Source: Bacteroidota bacterium (GTDB lineage: Bacteria > Bacteroidota > Bacteroidia > 2-12-FULL-35-15). Taken from it: DNA of 64,000 nt. The stretch covers positions 23,907 to 87,906 of the forward strand of contig JAOQAG010000008.1 of the NCBI GenBank assembly GCA_025963715.1, read 5' to 3'. A program made the position numbers and the translations under genes. Below, in pieces: positions 38,449 through 47,456 of this stretch (positions are counted from its first letter, which is position 1; each line of letters starts with the position of its first letter). The notes under the pieces are model-generated. The model searched no databases, had not been told where the DNA came from, and saw only the letters and a list, made by a program, of their open reading frames with translations.

Positions 38449-38574
38449 AAAAAATAAAGCCACAGATTCACAGATTTTTTCTTTTCAAATTAATTACACA
38501 GATTTTCCGAATCGCAAAGCGATTTGAATGATCTGAGTAAATTTTTTTCAGTTTTTTAATCTGTGAATCTGTGG
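38449..38574. repeat. MITE-like element E1 with perfect 18-bp terminal inverted repeats (gccacagattcacagatt)
   Basis: TIRs at 38449-38466 and 38557-38574; internal aatcgcaaagcgatttgaatgatctg; related rearranged copy at 45464-45545. Confidence 0.85.
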
Positions 38575-38597
38575 CGACAATAATACAATGGCAGGAT

Positions 38598-38647
38598 GCC
38601 ATAAAATAAATTGGCACGTTGGGACAACGCGCCTGCGTGAGTTATAT
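38598..38647. repeat. E2-type element (inverted orientation copy of caggcgcg.tgtccca.cgtgccaa module)
   Basis: ccataaaataaattggcacgttgggacaacgcgcctgcgtgagttatat; cf. 10239-10275, 10487-10523, 45549-45600, 45650-45690. Confidence 0.8.
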
Positions 38648-38660
38648 AGTTTTTAATTGG

Positions 38661-38690
38661 CAGATCCCGGGTCAGGCCCGGGATGACAGT
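38661..38690. repeat. CCCGGG-core hairpin element family H, copy
   Basis: cagatcccgggtcaggcccgggatgacagt. Confidence 0.85.
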
Positions 38691-38762
38691 ACAGAAGAAA
38701 AATCCACTTCCTAATTTACACACAGCATCCACACAGATTGGTATATTAGTAAAAATTGGTAT

Positions 38763-41447
38763 TTAGTAGTCGTCTTCTTCCGGTTTTTTCGGTTTCTTTA
38801 ATTCTTTTTTCTCTTCTTTTTTATCGGCCTCTTCCCAGTTGATCTTAAATTTGGCAGCATCTTCCTGCTTTACTTTGTTTTTATCGTTCAAGGTCGAATC
38901 TTTTTTAAACAAGCCGAACTCATCCCTTAAAATTCCTTTCAGGTTTTGTTTTTCTATTTTCAAATCCTGTTTTACGTTTTGTACGGCGCTTTTCGAATCG
39001 TATTTGATGACTGGATTACTGATGTTACCTGTCATCAGGATAAAAATATTGGTGCGGCCCAACCCATCATCTGCCACTTCGCCAAATTCATCATTTTGTT
39101 TTTTTGCCGCTTTTGCTTTTCTCGAAAGCAGGTCGTTGAGCGATAATTTAATTTTGTAATTGATATCATTATTGAACGTATGTGTCCCGGAAAAAGAAAG
39201 GTTGATCGCGTTTGATTTTATTTCCATTTTCGGAATGCTGATCACCTGTTTTTTGATCTCGATCTGGTTTTTAAGTGTCGCAAAACGGATATTTTCCAAT
39301 TCTTTTAATTCAATGAAGCGCGATAAGCTTTTCATCGATTCCACATTGTCCAGCTCACCGTTATCAATACTCATGTCGATACCGGCATACAATTTATCCA
39401 TATCAATTTTTAATGAAGGCGATAACACGGCAGCAAACTGGATCTTGGCGGTGGCAATCCCTTTTATATTTTTATCTGTAATGGTTGTTTGTCCGAAATT
39501 TTCGAACTCTTCAAACATTTTGGCGATGCTGATCTTGTTGATATCTGAAAAGCAAGTGATGAGTAATTTTGTAGAATCACTTCCGTCGATGAGCCCGCTG
39601 GTGGTAATTGTACCGCCCATTGTATTGAGCGAGACCGGGTCCAGCACCATTTTTTTATCTTTTAATTTGATCACACCGCGAATGTTGCTTGCATCAAATT
39701 TCCGGAATTGCAAATGCTGGATCTCCGCGTTTAAATTCACATTGATGTGCTCCGAAAATTTCAGCATGTACTCACCGTCTTTTTTTACTTCTTTTACATC
39801 TTCGTGCCTGTTTGCCAGCAATTCGTTGAGATTGATCATGGAGGAATTCAGCGTGGCTTCCACCGTAATGTTTTCATTATCCTTCAATGCAAATCCCACG
39901 ATGTTCCTGAAAAAACCTTTTAATTCGAAATCGCTGCTGGATACTTTTCCTTTGAATTCATTTACCACCAGGTCGTTGTTGTTGAATTTAAAATCGCCCT
40001 GGATATTGGTAAAATTGAGCAGGTTATTTTTCAATTTTACATTTGCATCGGTAATGGCCATGTCGCCGGAGGTCACTACATTTTCATAGATATTGGAACC
40101 GGTTGCTTTTCCATCACTGCTAAATTCGGCATTGATCCGCAGGGAACCGCTGATACTTTCCACCGTATCGATTTTTATAAATTTCTGCACTTCCTGCAGT
40201 GTGGTATTCGCAATTATTTTTCCGGCAAAAGAAGGATTGGAAAGATTTTTCATTCGCAGCTCACCGCTTACAGATCCCTGGTTAATGATGGCTGAAAACT
40301 GCATCAGATCAAGTACAGAAACCTCGCCGGTATTTTTATTTCCATTGGAATAATGCCCCTGCAATGTTACATTTTTCAGGGAAATATCATTTTTTACCTG
40401 TTTGATGTTTGCCGATTTAATTCCAAAATCCGCAGTGATCTGCGGCGTATTTCCTTTTGCCAGGCTTCCCTGGATCAAAGCATTAAAATAAAATTCGCCA
40501 TCACTTTCGTAATCATTTATTTTGCCTTTGTATTTTGCCGGGATCAGCGAAAGCACGGATTTAATATCCATATCTTTTCCTTTCACACCAATGTTTACGA
40601 TCGGTTCGTTATTTGAATTGAGCACGTTTCCAAACACTTCAAAAAGCAAATCTTCAATTTTCAATTGCCCGGATGCGATCTTGTATTCGTTGGTTTTGTT
40701 ATTGACGTTCAGCGAAAATTCGGTATGGATATTTTTTTTGCGCAGGTAATTGGTGCTGTCGCTTTTTAAATAATTTACATACAGATCGGCAACGGTGTTG
40801 AGCGTGTAACTATCGTTGGAAAATTCGCCGGAAAATTTGCCGGACTTTATTTCTCCCTCAATCGCCTGGCGTGCTTTCGAATCTTTGTAATTTAATTTTA
40901 CACGATTTAAAATGATCTTTTCCAGTGCAAATGAAAATGCGGTGGAAGTTGTATCGGCGCTTTCTTTCCAGAAATGGTAATTGTCTTTTCCTTCTTTATC
41001 AATGCGTACACGCAGATCCACATCCGTTAATTCAATTTTTTTGATGTGGTACTTTTTTTTGAAAACATCCACAATGTTAAATTGCATGGAAATCTCACCG
41101 GCTTTGAACAAGGTATCTTTCCGCTTATCGGATCCGGCATCCAGCGCTTTTACATTTTTAAAATCGACGGAAGCATACGGGAAATTTTTCAGCACGGTAA
41201 AATCAATGTCTTTGCCTTCCACAATTACCTGCGTGTTCAGCTGTTTGTTCAATTCGCCAACAATGTATTCTTTTACTTCATCCTGGTAATAATGTACGAT
41301 CACAAATGCAACACCGACGATCAACACCACCAGCGTTAAAAATAAAATGCACAACCTTACCAGCCAGCGAACGGCCCAATGCATCCGTTTAGGCGCAGCA
41401 GGTGTATTCCCTTCCGGGATGGAGGTATTTGTATTTTCGTTAGTCAT
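38763..41447 (-). CDS. AsmA-family (TamB/AsmA-like) large envelope protein
   Basis: N-terminal signal-anchor (WAVRWLVRLCILFLTLVVLIVGVAFVIV), ~850-aa beta-rich body, Lys/Glu-rich C-terminus. Confidence 0.6.
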   Translation of the reverse strand: MTNENTNTSIPEGNTPAAPKRMHWAVRWLVRLCILFLTLVVLIVGVAFVIVHYYQDEVKEYIVGELNKQLNTQVIVEGKDIDFTVLKNFPYASVDFKNVKALDAGSDKRKDTLFKAGEISMQFNIVDVFKKKYHIKKIELTDVDLRVRIDKEGKDNYHFWKESADTTSTAFSFALEKIILNRVKLNYKDSKARQAIEGEIKSGKFSGEFSNDSYTLNTVADLYVNYLKSDSTNYLRKKNIHTEFSLNVNNKTNEYKIASGQLKIEDLLFEVFGNVLNSNNEPIVNIGVKGKDMDIKSVLSLIPAKYKGKINDYESDGEFYFNALIQGSLAKGNTPQITADFGIKSANIKQVKNDISLKNVTLQGHYSNGNKNTGEVSVLDLMQFSAIINQGSVSGELRMKNLSNPSFAGKIIANTTLQEVQKFIKIDTVESISGSLRINAEFSSDGKATGSNIYENVVTSGDMAITDANVKLKNNLLNFTNIQGDFKFNNNDLVVNEFKGKVSSSDFELKGFFRNIVGFALKDNENITVEATLNSSMINLNELLANRHEDVKEVKKDGEYMLKFSEHINVNLNAEIQHLQFRKFDASNIRGVIKLKDKKMVLDPVSLNTMGGTITTSGLIDGSDSTKLLITCFSDINKISIAKMFEEFENFGQTTITDKNIKGIATAKIQFAAVLSPSLKIDMDKLYAGIDMSIDNGELDNVESMKSLSRFIELKELENIRFATLKNQIEIKKQVISIPKMEIKSNAINLSFSGTHTFNNDINYKIKLSLNDLLSRKAKAAKKQNDEFGEVADDGLGRTNIFILMTGNISNPVIKYDSKSAVQNVKQDLKIEKQNLKGILRDEFGLFKKDSTLNDKNKVKQEDAAKFKINWEEADKKEEKKELKKPKKPEEDDY

Positions 41448-41539
41448 CGGAAGAACCGTAATTCATACAAAGTTTATAAAAATAGCGTGTAGTGCTTTGG
41501 AGTTCAGGCAGATGTTATCAATAACGGAAAGTGAATAAG

Positions 41540-41760
41540 TTTAGTATTACGGATAACGCCCGCCTGAACGATTCGGGCAGGAACAGGAACGTCCTTCGAC
41601 AAACTCAGGATGACAACGAATCTGCGTAGAGCCAACGAATAACGAATTTTAACGAATAACGAATCTGCGTAGGGTACGGGTAACAGGAACGAATATTCCC
41701 CCCGCCTGAATGACGCAGTCGGGCAGAAATCTGTGTGGATGGGGTGTATGATGGAACGCG
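41540..41760. repeat. Composite intergenic repeat family B, copy 3 (inverted)
   Basis: Contains reverse complements of tcatcctgag.ttgtcgaaggacgttcctgttc, ctgcccgactgcgtcattcaggcggg and aatattcgttcctgtt. Confidence 0.8.
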
Positions 41761-41930
41761 TATTTGGCAGATGTAACGGATAAAGGCGGATATTGAACCA
41801 CAAAAGAAAACAAAAGGACTCAAAAGAATTGGATGTAACATACCAACGTGAATTCCTTGATAGGCGAGGTAAGTAAAGCCTTTGCGCTTTTCTTTGCGCC
41901 TCTGCGACTTTGCGGTTATTTTTTAGCAAA

Positions 41931-41972
41931 CACAGCAAACTTTGAACTTTCAAACTTTAAACTTTGAACTCC
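41931..41972. repeat. SAE element copy abutting the stop codon (41974-41976) of the rluB-like gene
   Basis: cacagcaaactttgaactttcaaactttaaactttgaactc. Confidence 0.85.
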
Positions 41973-41973
41973 C

Positions 41974-43662
41974 TTATTCCCCGCTGCTAATCATTTTCAG
42001 CATTCCTACTTCTGATTCGGTTAAAAGTCTCCAGCGGCCGCGCGGCATGTCTTTTTTGGTCAGTGGGCCAAACACAACCCGGTCGAGCTTACGGACATTG
42101 TATCCCAGGTGTTCGAAAATACGGCGTACAATGCGGTTTTTACCGGAGTGAATCTCTACGCCTACATTGGTTTTATCTTTTCCATCGGCAACGTAGGAGA
42201 TCTCATCCACTTTGATCGGGCCGTCTTCCAACTCCAAACCTTCTGTGATCAGGTCGAAATCCGAGCGTTTCAGCGGTTTGTCCAATTCTACATGGTAGAT
42301 CTTACGCACGCCGTAGCGCGGATGGGTTAATTTTTTTGTTAGTTCACCATCATTGGTAAACATCAGCAAACCGGTAGTAGCCCTGTCGAGGCGGCCAACC
42401 GGGTAAATGCGTTCGCGGCAGGCATCCTGTACCAACTCCAGCACGGTTTTGCGCTGTTGCGGATCGTCAGATGTAGTCACATAATCCTTCGGTTTGTTGA
42501 GGATCAGGTATACCAAACGCTCCTTTTTCAGGGTTTGTCCGCCATACTTGATCACATCCGTAGGTTTTACTTTGTAACCCATTTCGGTGATCACTTTTCC
42601 GTTTACCTGCACCACGCCTGATTCGATCAGATCGTCGGCCTCCCGGCGGGAACAAATCCCGGCATTGGCAATGTATTTATTTAAACGGATGGTGTCATCG
42701 TCGTTTGATTTGTGCATTCCTGAAGCCGGGCCTTTACCGGATGATTTTTTCTCATACGCGCGTTTTTTATACGGGCGTGAATGGTTCAAACTGTTCCGTT
42801 CGGTACGCGGTGCGCTGTCTCCCTCATCGTCTTTCGGTCTTGGCGCTGCTTTTTTAGTACCATTCTTTTTATCCAGGTATTCCTGTTCGTAATCAATTGC
42901 ACGGTCGCTTGCTCTTACAAAAGCCGGTTTTGATTCGTAAAAATCATCATCATAGCTTTTTTTAGAAGCGCTTTTTTCCGATCTGTCATCATCATCGCGT
43001 GTTTTACGGAAAGTTGGTTTATCAGAAGAAACACGGCGTTTGTTCTCTGTATAGCTTGATTTTTTCTCGCGGTCGAAGGATGCCGGTTTCTTTTCGGAAG
43101 AATCGTCGTTACGGGTTTTGCGGAAAGCTGGTTTATCGCCGTAGGATTTGCGTTTATCATCGCCGTAAGCCGGTTTTTTCTCGCGGTCAAAAGAGGCCGG
43201 TTTCCGTTCGGAAGAATCAGTATCACGGGTTTTGCGGAACACTGGTTTATCGCCGAAAGGTTTGCGTTTGTCATCGCTGTAAGCTGATTTTTTCTCGCGA
43301 TCGAAGGAAGCAGGTTTCCGTTCGGAAGAATCAGTATCACGGGTTTTACGGAACGCTGGTTTATCGCCGTAACCGGATTTTTTTTCGCGGTCAAATGCAG
43401 GTTTTCTTTCGGAAGAATCATCGTCATCACGCTTTTTACGGAATGCAGGTTTATCGCCGAAAGGCTTGCGCTTATTATCGCCGTAGCCGGAAGCACTGCT
43501 TTTTCGAGGCGCGGAGCTTCCAAAGTCAGATGGACGGGAATCATCGCGGTAACGCTCAAAAGCTGGTTTTTGATCCTTTTTTGAGTCTTTGCGGGATTTT
43601 GGTTCAGACGATTTTTTATCCTTAAAATCTTTGCTGTTACTGCGTTTGAATTCCTTTGCCAT
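41974..43662 (-). CDS. rluB: 23S rRNA pseudouridine synthase (RluB/RsuA family) with a ~300-aa Lys/Arg/Asp/Ser-rich repetitive N-terminal extension
   Basis: C-terminal S4 domain (IRLNKYIANAGICSRREADDLIESGVVQVNG) and PseudoU_synth_2 core (YPVGRLDRATTGLLMFTNDGEL). N-terminus has about 5 tandem ~40-aa units (RKPASFDREKKSAYSDDKRKPFGDKPVFRKTRDTDSSE). Start moved from track position 43722 to the second Met (43662) because the upstream codons lie inside the TR repeat block. Confidence 0.8.
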   Translation of the reverse strand: MAKEFKRSNSKDFKDKKSSEPKSRKDSKKDQKPAFERYRDDSRPSDFGSSAPRKSSASGYGDNKRKPFGDKPAFRKKRDDDDSSERKPAFDREKKSGYGDKPAFRKTRDTDSSERKPASFDREKKSAYSDDKRKPFGDKPVFRKTRDTDSSERKPASFDREKKPAYGDDKRKSYGDKPAFRKTRNDDSSEKKPASFDREKKSSYTENKRRVSSDKPTFRKTRDDDDRSEKSASKKSYDDDFYESKPAFVRASDRAIDYEQEYLDKKNGTKKAAPRPKDDEGDSAPRTERNSLNHSRPYKKRAYEKKSSGKGPASGMHKSNDDDTIRLNKYIANAGICSRREADDLIESGVVQVNGKVITEMGYKVKPTDVIKYGGQTLKKERLVYLILNKPKDYVTTSDDPQQRKTVLELVQDACRERIYPVGRLDRATTGLLMFTNDGELTKKLTHPRYGVRKIYHVELDKPLKRSDFDLITEGLELEDGPIKVDEISYVADGKDKTNVGVEIHSGKNRIVRRIFEHLGYNVRKLDRVVFGPLTKKDMPRGRWRLLTESEVGMLKMISSGE

Positions 43663-43692
43663 TTTACTGATTTTTTTTGCAAAGATAGGTAT

Positions 43693-44140
43693 TTTTTCTC
43701 GTAGAATCGCGGATTTTACCACTAAGGCACTAAGAACACTAAGGGTTGTACTCGCTGGCTCGTTTTCTGGTTTTTTCTCGCAGAGGCGCAGAGAACGCGG
43801 AGCTGGGTGTTCGCGGGCTCACGTTTTTTACCACTAAGACACTAAGGACACTAAGCTAATGGCTCGCAGGCTCGCATTTTTTCTCGCAGAGACGCGGAGA
43901 ACGTGGAGCTGGATGCTCGCGGGCTCACGTTTTTTTACCACTAAGGCACTAAGGACACTAAGCTAATGGCTCGCAGGCTCGCATTTTTTCTCGCAGAGAC
44001 GCAAAGTTCGCAAAGGCTACGTGTTTGCTGGGTGCTTGCAGGTTCGGTTGTGATTTCCAGCGGAAACGCAGAGATCAGATGCGCTACGTTCCACACCACC
44101 TACCGACTAATTACTAAAGACTATTTACTAAATTAAACTA
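43693..44140. repeat. Tandem repeat block TR (~118-bp unit x ~2.8 plus ttctcgcagagacgcaaagttcgcaaaggc and ctaattactaaagac tail) upstream of rluB-like gene
   Basis: Units approx 43693-43787, 43788-43905, 43906-44020; paralogous to 20960-21305. Confidence 0.85.
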
Positions 44141-44495
44141 AAGGATAAAAGGCGGCTTCGATGTGGTTTATCTGTGGATTACTGGCATTCATTACTACCG
44201 AAATAATATCGAAACGGACTTCCAGGTCGAGCTGATAGCGCTCAATGTATTCGTGCGCTGCTTTGATGAGGTTCTTTTGTTTCTGACGGGTAACAAAGGT
44301 TTCGGGCTCACCGAAAAAGGCGGTGCTGCGGGTTTTTACTTCAGCTACCACGAGCGTATCGGCGAGGATGGCAATAATGTCGGCTTCCAGGTTCCGGAAC
44401 CGCCAGTTTGTTTCCAGGATGTCGTATCCTTTGCTTTTCAGATAATCTGCTGCCAGCTCTTCCCCTTTTTTACCCGTTACATTGTGTTCTGCCAT
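44133..44495 (-). CDS. yraN: YraN family (UPF0102) endonuclease
   Basis: GEELAADYLKSKGYDILETNWRFRNLEADIIA...VVAEVKTR matches the UPF0102 signature. Confidence 0.85.
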   Translation of the reverse strand: MAEHNVTGKKGEELAADYLKSKGYDILETNWRFRNLEADIIAILADTLVVAEVKTRSTAFFGEPETFVTRQKQKNLIKAAHEYIERYQLDLEVRFDIISVVMNASNPQINHIEAAFYPLV

Positions 44496-44677
44496 ATTTT
44501 TTTACATTTTTTAAATTGAGCATCGCCATTTCGTGGCAAATATGAACAATTTAAACCTTCTCCTGCATTTTGACCCCGTATTTTGGTACGAGTTTTGAAA
44601 AGGATGCCCGGCTGAATTAAAATTTTACTATTTTAGCACAACGTCTAAACTAAAACCAAACAACAAACCATTATAAA

Positions 44678-45325
44678 ATGAAAAAAAACCTGTTAAAAAT
44701 CGTTTCAGTAACAGCAATCCTTATTGCATTTGCTTTTTCTGCTTCAGCACAAACATTTGAAGGTGTTATTGAATTTAAAAAACAATCGACGACCGATACC
44801 ACCAATTACATTTATTATGTGAAAGATAACATGGTACGTATTGATGAAATAGGTTCGAAATCCCATAAAGTAGAAGGTACTTTTTTAGTGAACATGGATG
44901 AAAAAACAATGATGTCGCTGAACCACGAGCGTAAATTGTACATGACACAAAATAACCCGACTGCTCCTGTAGTTAAAGGAACATGTGTTGTAAAAAAAGG
45001 CCAGAATGTAAAAAACCTGCAGGGTTATAAATGTGTGGAATATACGGTTACCAACCAGGAAGAAGGAACGATCATCACATATTGGATCGCAGACGGAAAA
45101 TTCACATTCTTCGAAAAAATGTTGCGTCAGCTGAACCGTAAAGATAAATCATCGGTTTATTTTTTACAGATCCCGGATATTAAAAATGTGTTCCCGATGT
45201 TGTCTGTACAAACAGACCTGACAGGAAAAGAACAGGTAAAACTGGAAGTAACAAAAATCACAAAAAAAGTAATCGATCCTTCGATGTTTGAAGTTCCGAA
45301 AGGATATAACAAATTTGAAAAATAG
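44678..45325 (+). CDS. Secreted hypothetical protein (DUF4412-like, tentative)
   Basis: Signal peptide then FEGVIEFKKQST...; family assignment from memory only. Confidence 0.4.
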   Translation: MKKNLLKIVSVTAILIAFAFSASAQTFEGVIEFKKQSTTDTTNYIYYVKDNMVRIDEIGSKSHKVEGTFLVNMDEKTMMSLNHERKLYMTQNNPTAPVVKGTCVVKKGQNVKNLQGYKCVEYTVTNQEEGTIITYWIADGKFTFFEKMLRQLNRKDKSSVYFLQIPDIKNVFPMLSVQTDLTGKEQVKLEVTKITKKVIDPSMFEVPKGYNKFEK

Positions 45326-45345
45326 TTTTTAGGACTTAAAAAAAT

Positions 45346-45380
45346 GAAACGCTCATCTGAAAAGGTGGGCGTTTTTTATT
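45346..45380 (+). terminator. Rho-independent terminator (aacgctcatc tgaaaa ggtgggcgtt with two G-U pairs + T6)
   Basis: Hairpin 20 nt after stop, followed by ttttttatttg. Confidence 0.6.
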
Positions 45381-45463
45381 TGTATGGAACGCGGATGATG
45401 CGGATAGGGCGGATAAAAACGGATCAATACCAAATGTGTTTACTGAACTTGGCGTCTTATTTT

Positions 45464-45700
45464 TGCCACAGATTCACAGATTAAAAATGGAAAAGGGATT
45501 TTCACAGATCATTCAAATCGCTTTGCGATTTAGATAATTTGTGTAATTAATTGAACTTCCAGGCGCGAGTGTCCCAACGTGCCAAACTATTTTATGGCAT
45601 CTTGCCATTATTTAAAGTATTTAAGAGCAGGACGCTCTAAAAATAAAGAGGCACGACACTCGCGCCTGCGTGCAATTAATTGAAATAAAAAATCTGTGTC
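45464..45700. repeat. Pile-up of E1-like element (single TIR, internal segment inverted) and an inverted pair of E2-type modules
   Basis: gccacagattcacagatt...cagatcattcaaatcgctttgcgatt...ccaggcgcgagtgtcccaacgtgccaaactatt...gaggcacgacactcgcgcctgcgtg. Confidence 0.8.
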
Positions 45701-45722
45701 CCGATAGTTATCGGGGCTGTGG

Positions 45723-46322
45723 CTAATTGTTTTTGTGATTATTTTTTGAGATCTCTGCTTTTTTATTCATCCGTTCAGCCAGTATTTCCAATCCTTTTTT
45801 TAAATCATTATTAGCATTTTTAAATGTGTATGTGATCTCTTCCGTTACGGCGTTAACCTTATTATCAAATTTTACAGAAGCAGGATTGTAGTTATATGAA
45901 CGTCCTATCCAAAAGAGGCTGCTGCCAGAGCCATATCTTCTTGGTCTTAAAAAAATGCTCAACGCAACAGCCAAAGCTAATTCCCCATTTGTTGACGAAG
46001 GCCTGTCATCTTGAATGCTGTCTTCTTTTGTATATTCAAATCCGGAGAGTTCATCAAAATAATAAGTATCTCCTTTTGCAAAAAACTTCGAAAAGAAATT
46101 AGGCCGGATAATGTTAAATTTATCTTCGTACACTTCAAGAATGTAATAGTTTGTATTCATAAGTACAAACAACGAAAACACTATAATTACAAGAAGAATT
46201 ACCCGGTCATCCCGGTATAGAAACGCCAGCGGAAGAGCAAGCGCGATCACCGCCATTTTAGATAAATAAAAACTAAGTGGAAGCGAATATTTGTAAAGTG
46301 GCTGATCGGTTGGTGATTTCAT
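45723..46322 (-). CDS. Hypothetical membrane protein (two N-terminal TM helices)
   Basis: MKSPTDQPLYKYSLPLSFYLSKMAVIALALPLAFLY...; track start 46394 is a TTG lying inside the ldcA terminator hairpin. Confidence 0.4.
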   Translation of the reverse strand: MKSPTDQPLYKYSLPLSFYLSKMAVIALALPLAFLYRDDRVILLVIIVFSLFVLMNTNYYILEVYEDKFNIIRPNFFSKFFAKGDTYYFDELSGFEYTKEDSIQDDRPSSTNGELALAVALSIFLRPRRYGSGSSLFWIGRSYNYNPASVKFDNKVNAVTEEITYTFKNANNDLKKGLEILAERMNKKAEISKNNHKNN

Positions 46323-46378
46323 TGGGATGAAATTAATTAGAGTGTATTTTATAAAATTATAAGCTGTGTTTTTTATTA

Positions 46379-46414
46379 CCCCTGTCAGGGACAAAAAAGC
46401 CCTGACAGAGGCTG
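46379..46414 (-). terminator. Terminator hairpin after ldcA (cctctgtcagggc tttttt gtccctgacagggg on transcribed strand)
   Basis: 12-13-bp stem, followed on the minus strand by taataaaaaa. Confidence 0.6.
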
Positions 46415-46435
46415 CTCTGAGAAAAAATCAATTAT

Positions 46436-47326
46436 TTAAAATGATACCGTGGATTGATCTTTGCCAATCTTTAGCTTCACTTTTCTGCCAAATATCATTG
46501 CTAAATTGCGATCAATATGTCCGGCAGGAAAATTAAAACACACCGGATAATTGTATTCTTTTACCGCATCCATGATAATTTCCTCTGCTGATTTACCAAA
46601 CGGAATTGTATTGTCTTTCATGTCCGTCATTCCGCCAATAACCAAACCGGCCAGGTCACTTAATTTCCCGGCACGTTTCAGGTTCAGCATCATCCGATCG
46701 ATGTGATATAAATATTCATCCAGGTCTTCCAGGAATAAAATTTTTCCTTTGGTGAAAACGTCGGAACTGCTTGCTGTGAGTGCATATAAAAGGGAAAGGT
46801 TTCCTCCCGCCAGCTCGCCTTCTGCAAGCCCATTTCTGTTTAGTGCATGTGGCTCTATTTCATAGCTTAACTTTTCGCCGGTCAATGCTTTTAAAAGCGT
46901 GGATGTTGCTTCTTCATTTTTTGCAAAATTGATCGGCATGGTGGCATGCAGCGTTTCGATCCCGAAATTATGAATGTGCGAGTGCAGCACGGTAATATCG
47001 CTGTAGCCGATCAGCCATTTTGGCGATTGACGGAATTTAGTAAAATCAATTTTATCGATGATGCGCATCGTACCGTAACCGCCGCGTGCGCTGATAATGG
47101 CTTTGATAGCGGGATCATCCAGCATTTGCTGCAGATCGGCAGCGCGCTGATCGTCCGTTCCTGAAAACTGGTGATCGGCATTGAACAGGTTTTTCCCAAA
47201 CACTACTTCCAGTCCGTTGTCATTGAAAAATTGCACAGCAGGTTTTAATTCGTCCGGCGATATTTTCCGGGCGCAAGCCACGATGCCTATTTTATCGCCT
47301 TTTTTAAGGTAGGATGGAGTGTTCAT
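46436..47326 (-). CDS. ldcA: LD-carboxypeptidase (peptidase S66, muramoyltetrapeptide carboxypeptidase)
   Basis: GDKIGIVACARKISPDE...LIGYSDITVLH, S66 family signature with Ser nucleophile region. Confidence 0.85.
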   Translation of the reverse strand: MNTPSYLKKGDKIGIVACARKISPDELKPAVQFFNDNGLEVVFGKNLFNADHQFSGTDDQRAADLQQMLDDPAIKAIISARGGYGTMRIIDKIDFTKFRQSPKWLIGYSDITVLHSHIHNFGIETLHATMPINFAKNEEATSTLLKALTGEKLSYEIEPHALNRNGLAEGELAGGNLSLLYALTASSSDVFTKGKILFLEDLDEYLYHIDRMMLNLKRAGKLSDLAGLVIGGMTDMKDNTIPFGKSAEEIIMDAVKEYNYPVCFNFPAGHIDRNLAMIFGRKVKLKIGKDQSTVSF

Positions 47327-47456
47327 TTTATTCGGGAATCAGTAACAAATTCTTATCTTTGAACGCAATTTACGAAAAATAGATATTAGATTTGAGATGT
47401 TAGATTTTAGACCGTTCTATTCGTAAAATCTGCAAAATTTCATCATTCATCAATAT

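Noticed and set aside
39160-40089. 309-aa plus-strand ORF inside the asmA-like gene
   Set aside because: Antisense to a well supported 894-aa ORF; Ser/Phe/Leu-rich low-complexity translation typical of antisense AT-rich coding DNA.
42999-43625. 208-aa plus-strand ORF (Arg/Lys/Tyr-rich repeats) opposite the rluB-like N-terminal region
   Set aside because: Mirror-image reading of the 120-bp coding tandem repeats; no start context or signal.
46323-46394. N-terminal 24-aa extension of ORF 45723..46394 (TTG start)
   Set aside because: Encoded by the ldcA terminator hairpin itself; Met at 46322 gives a sensible membrane-protein N-terminus.
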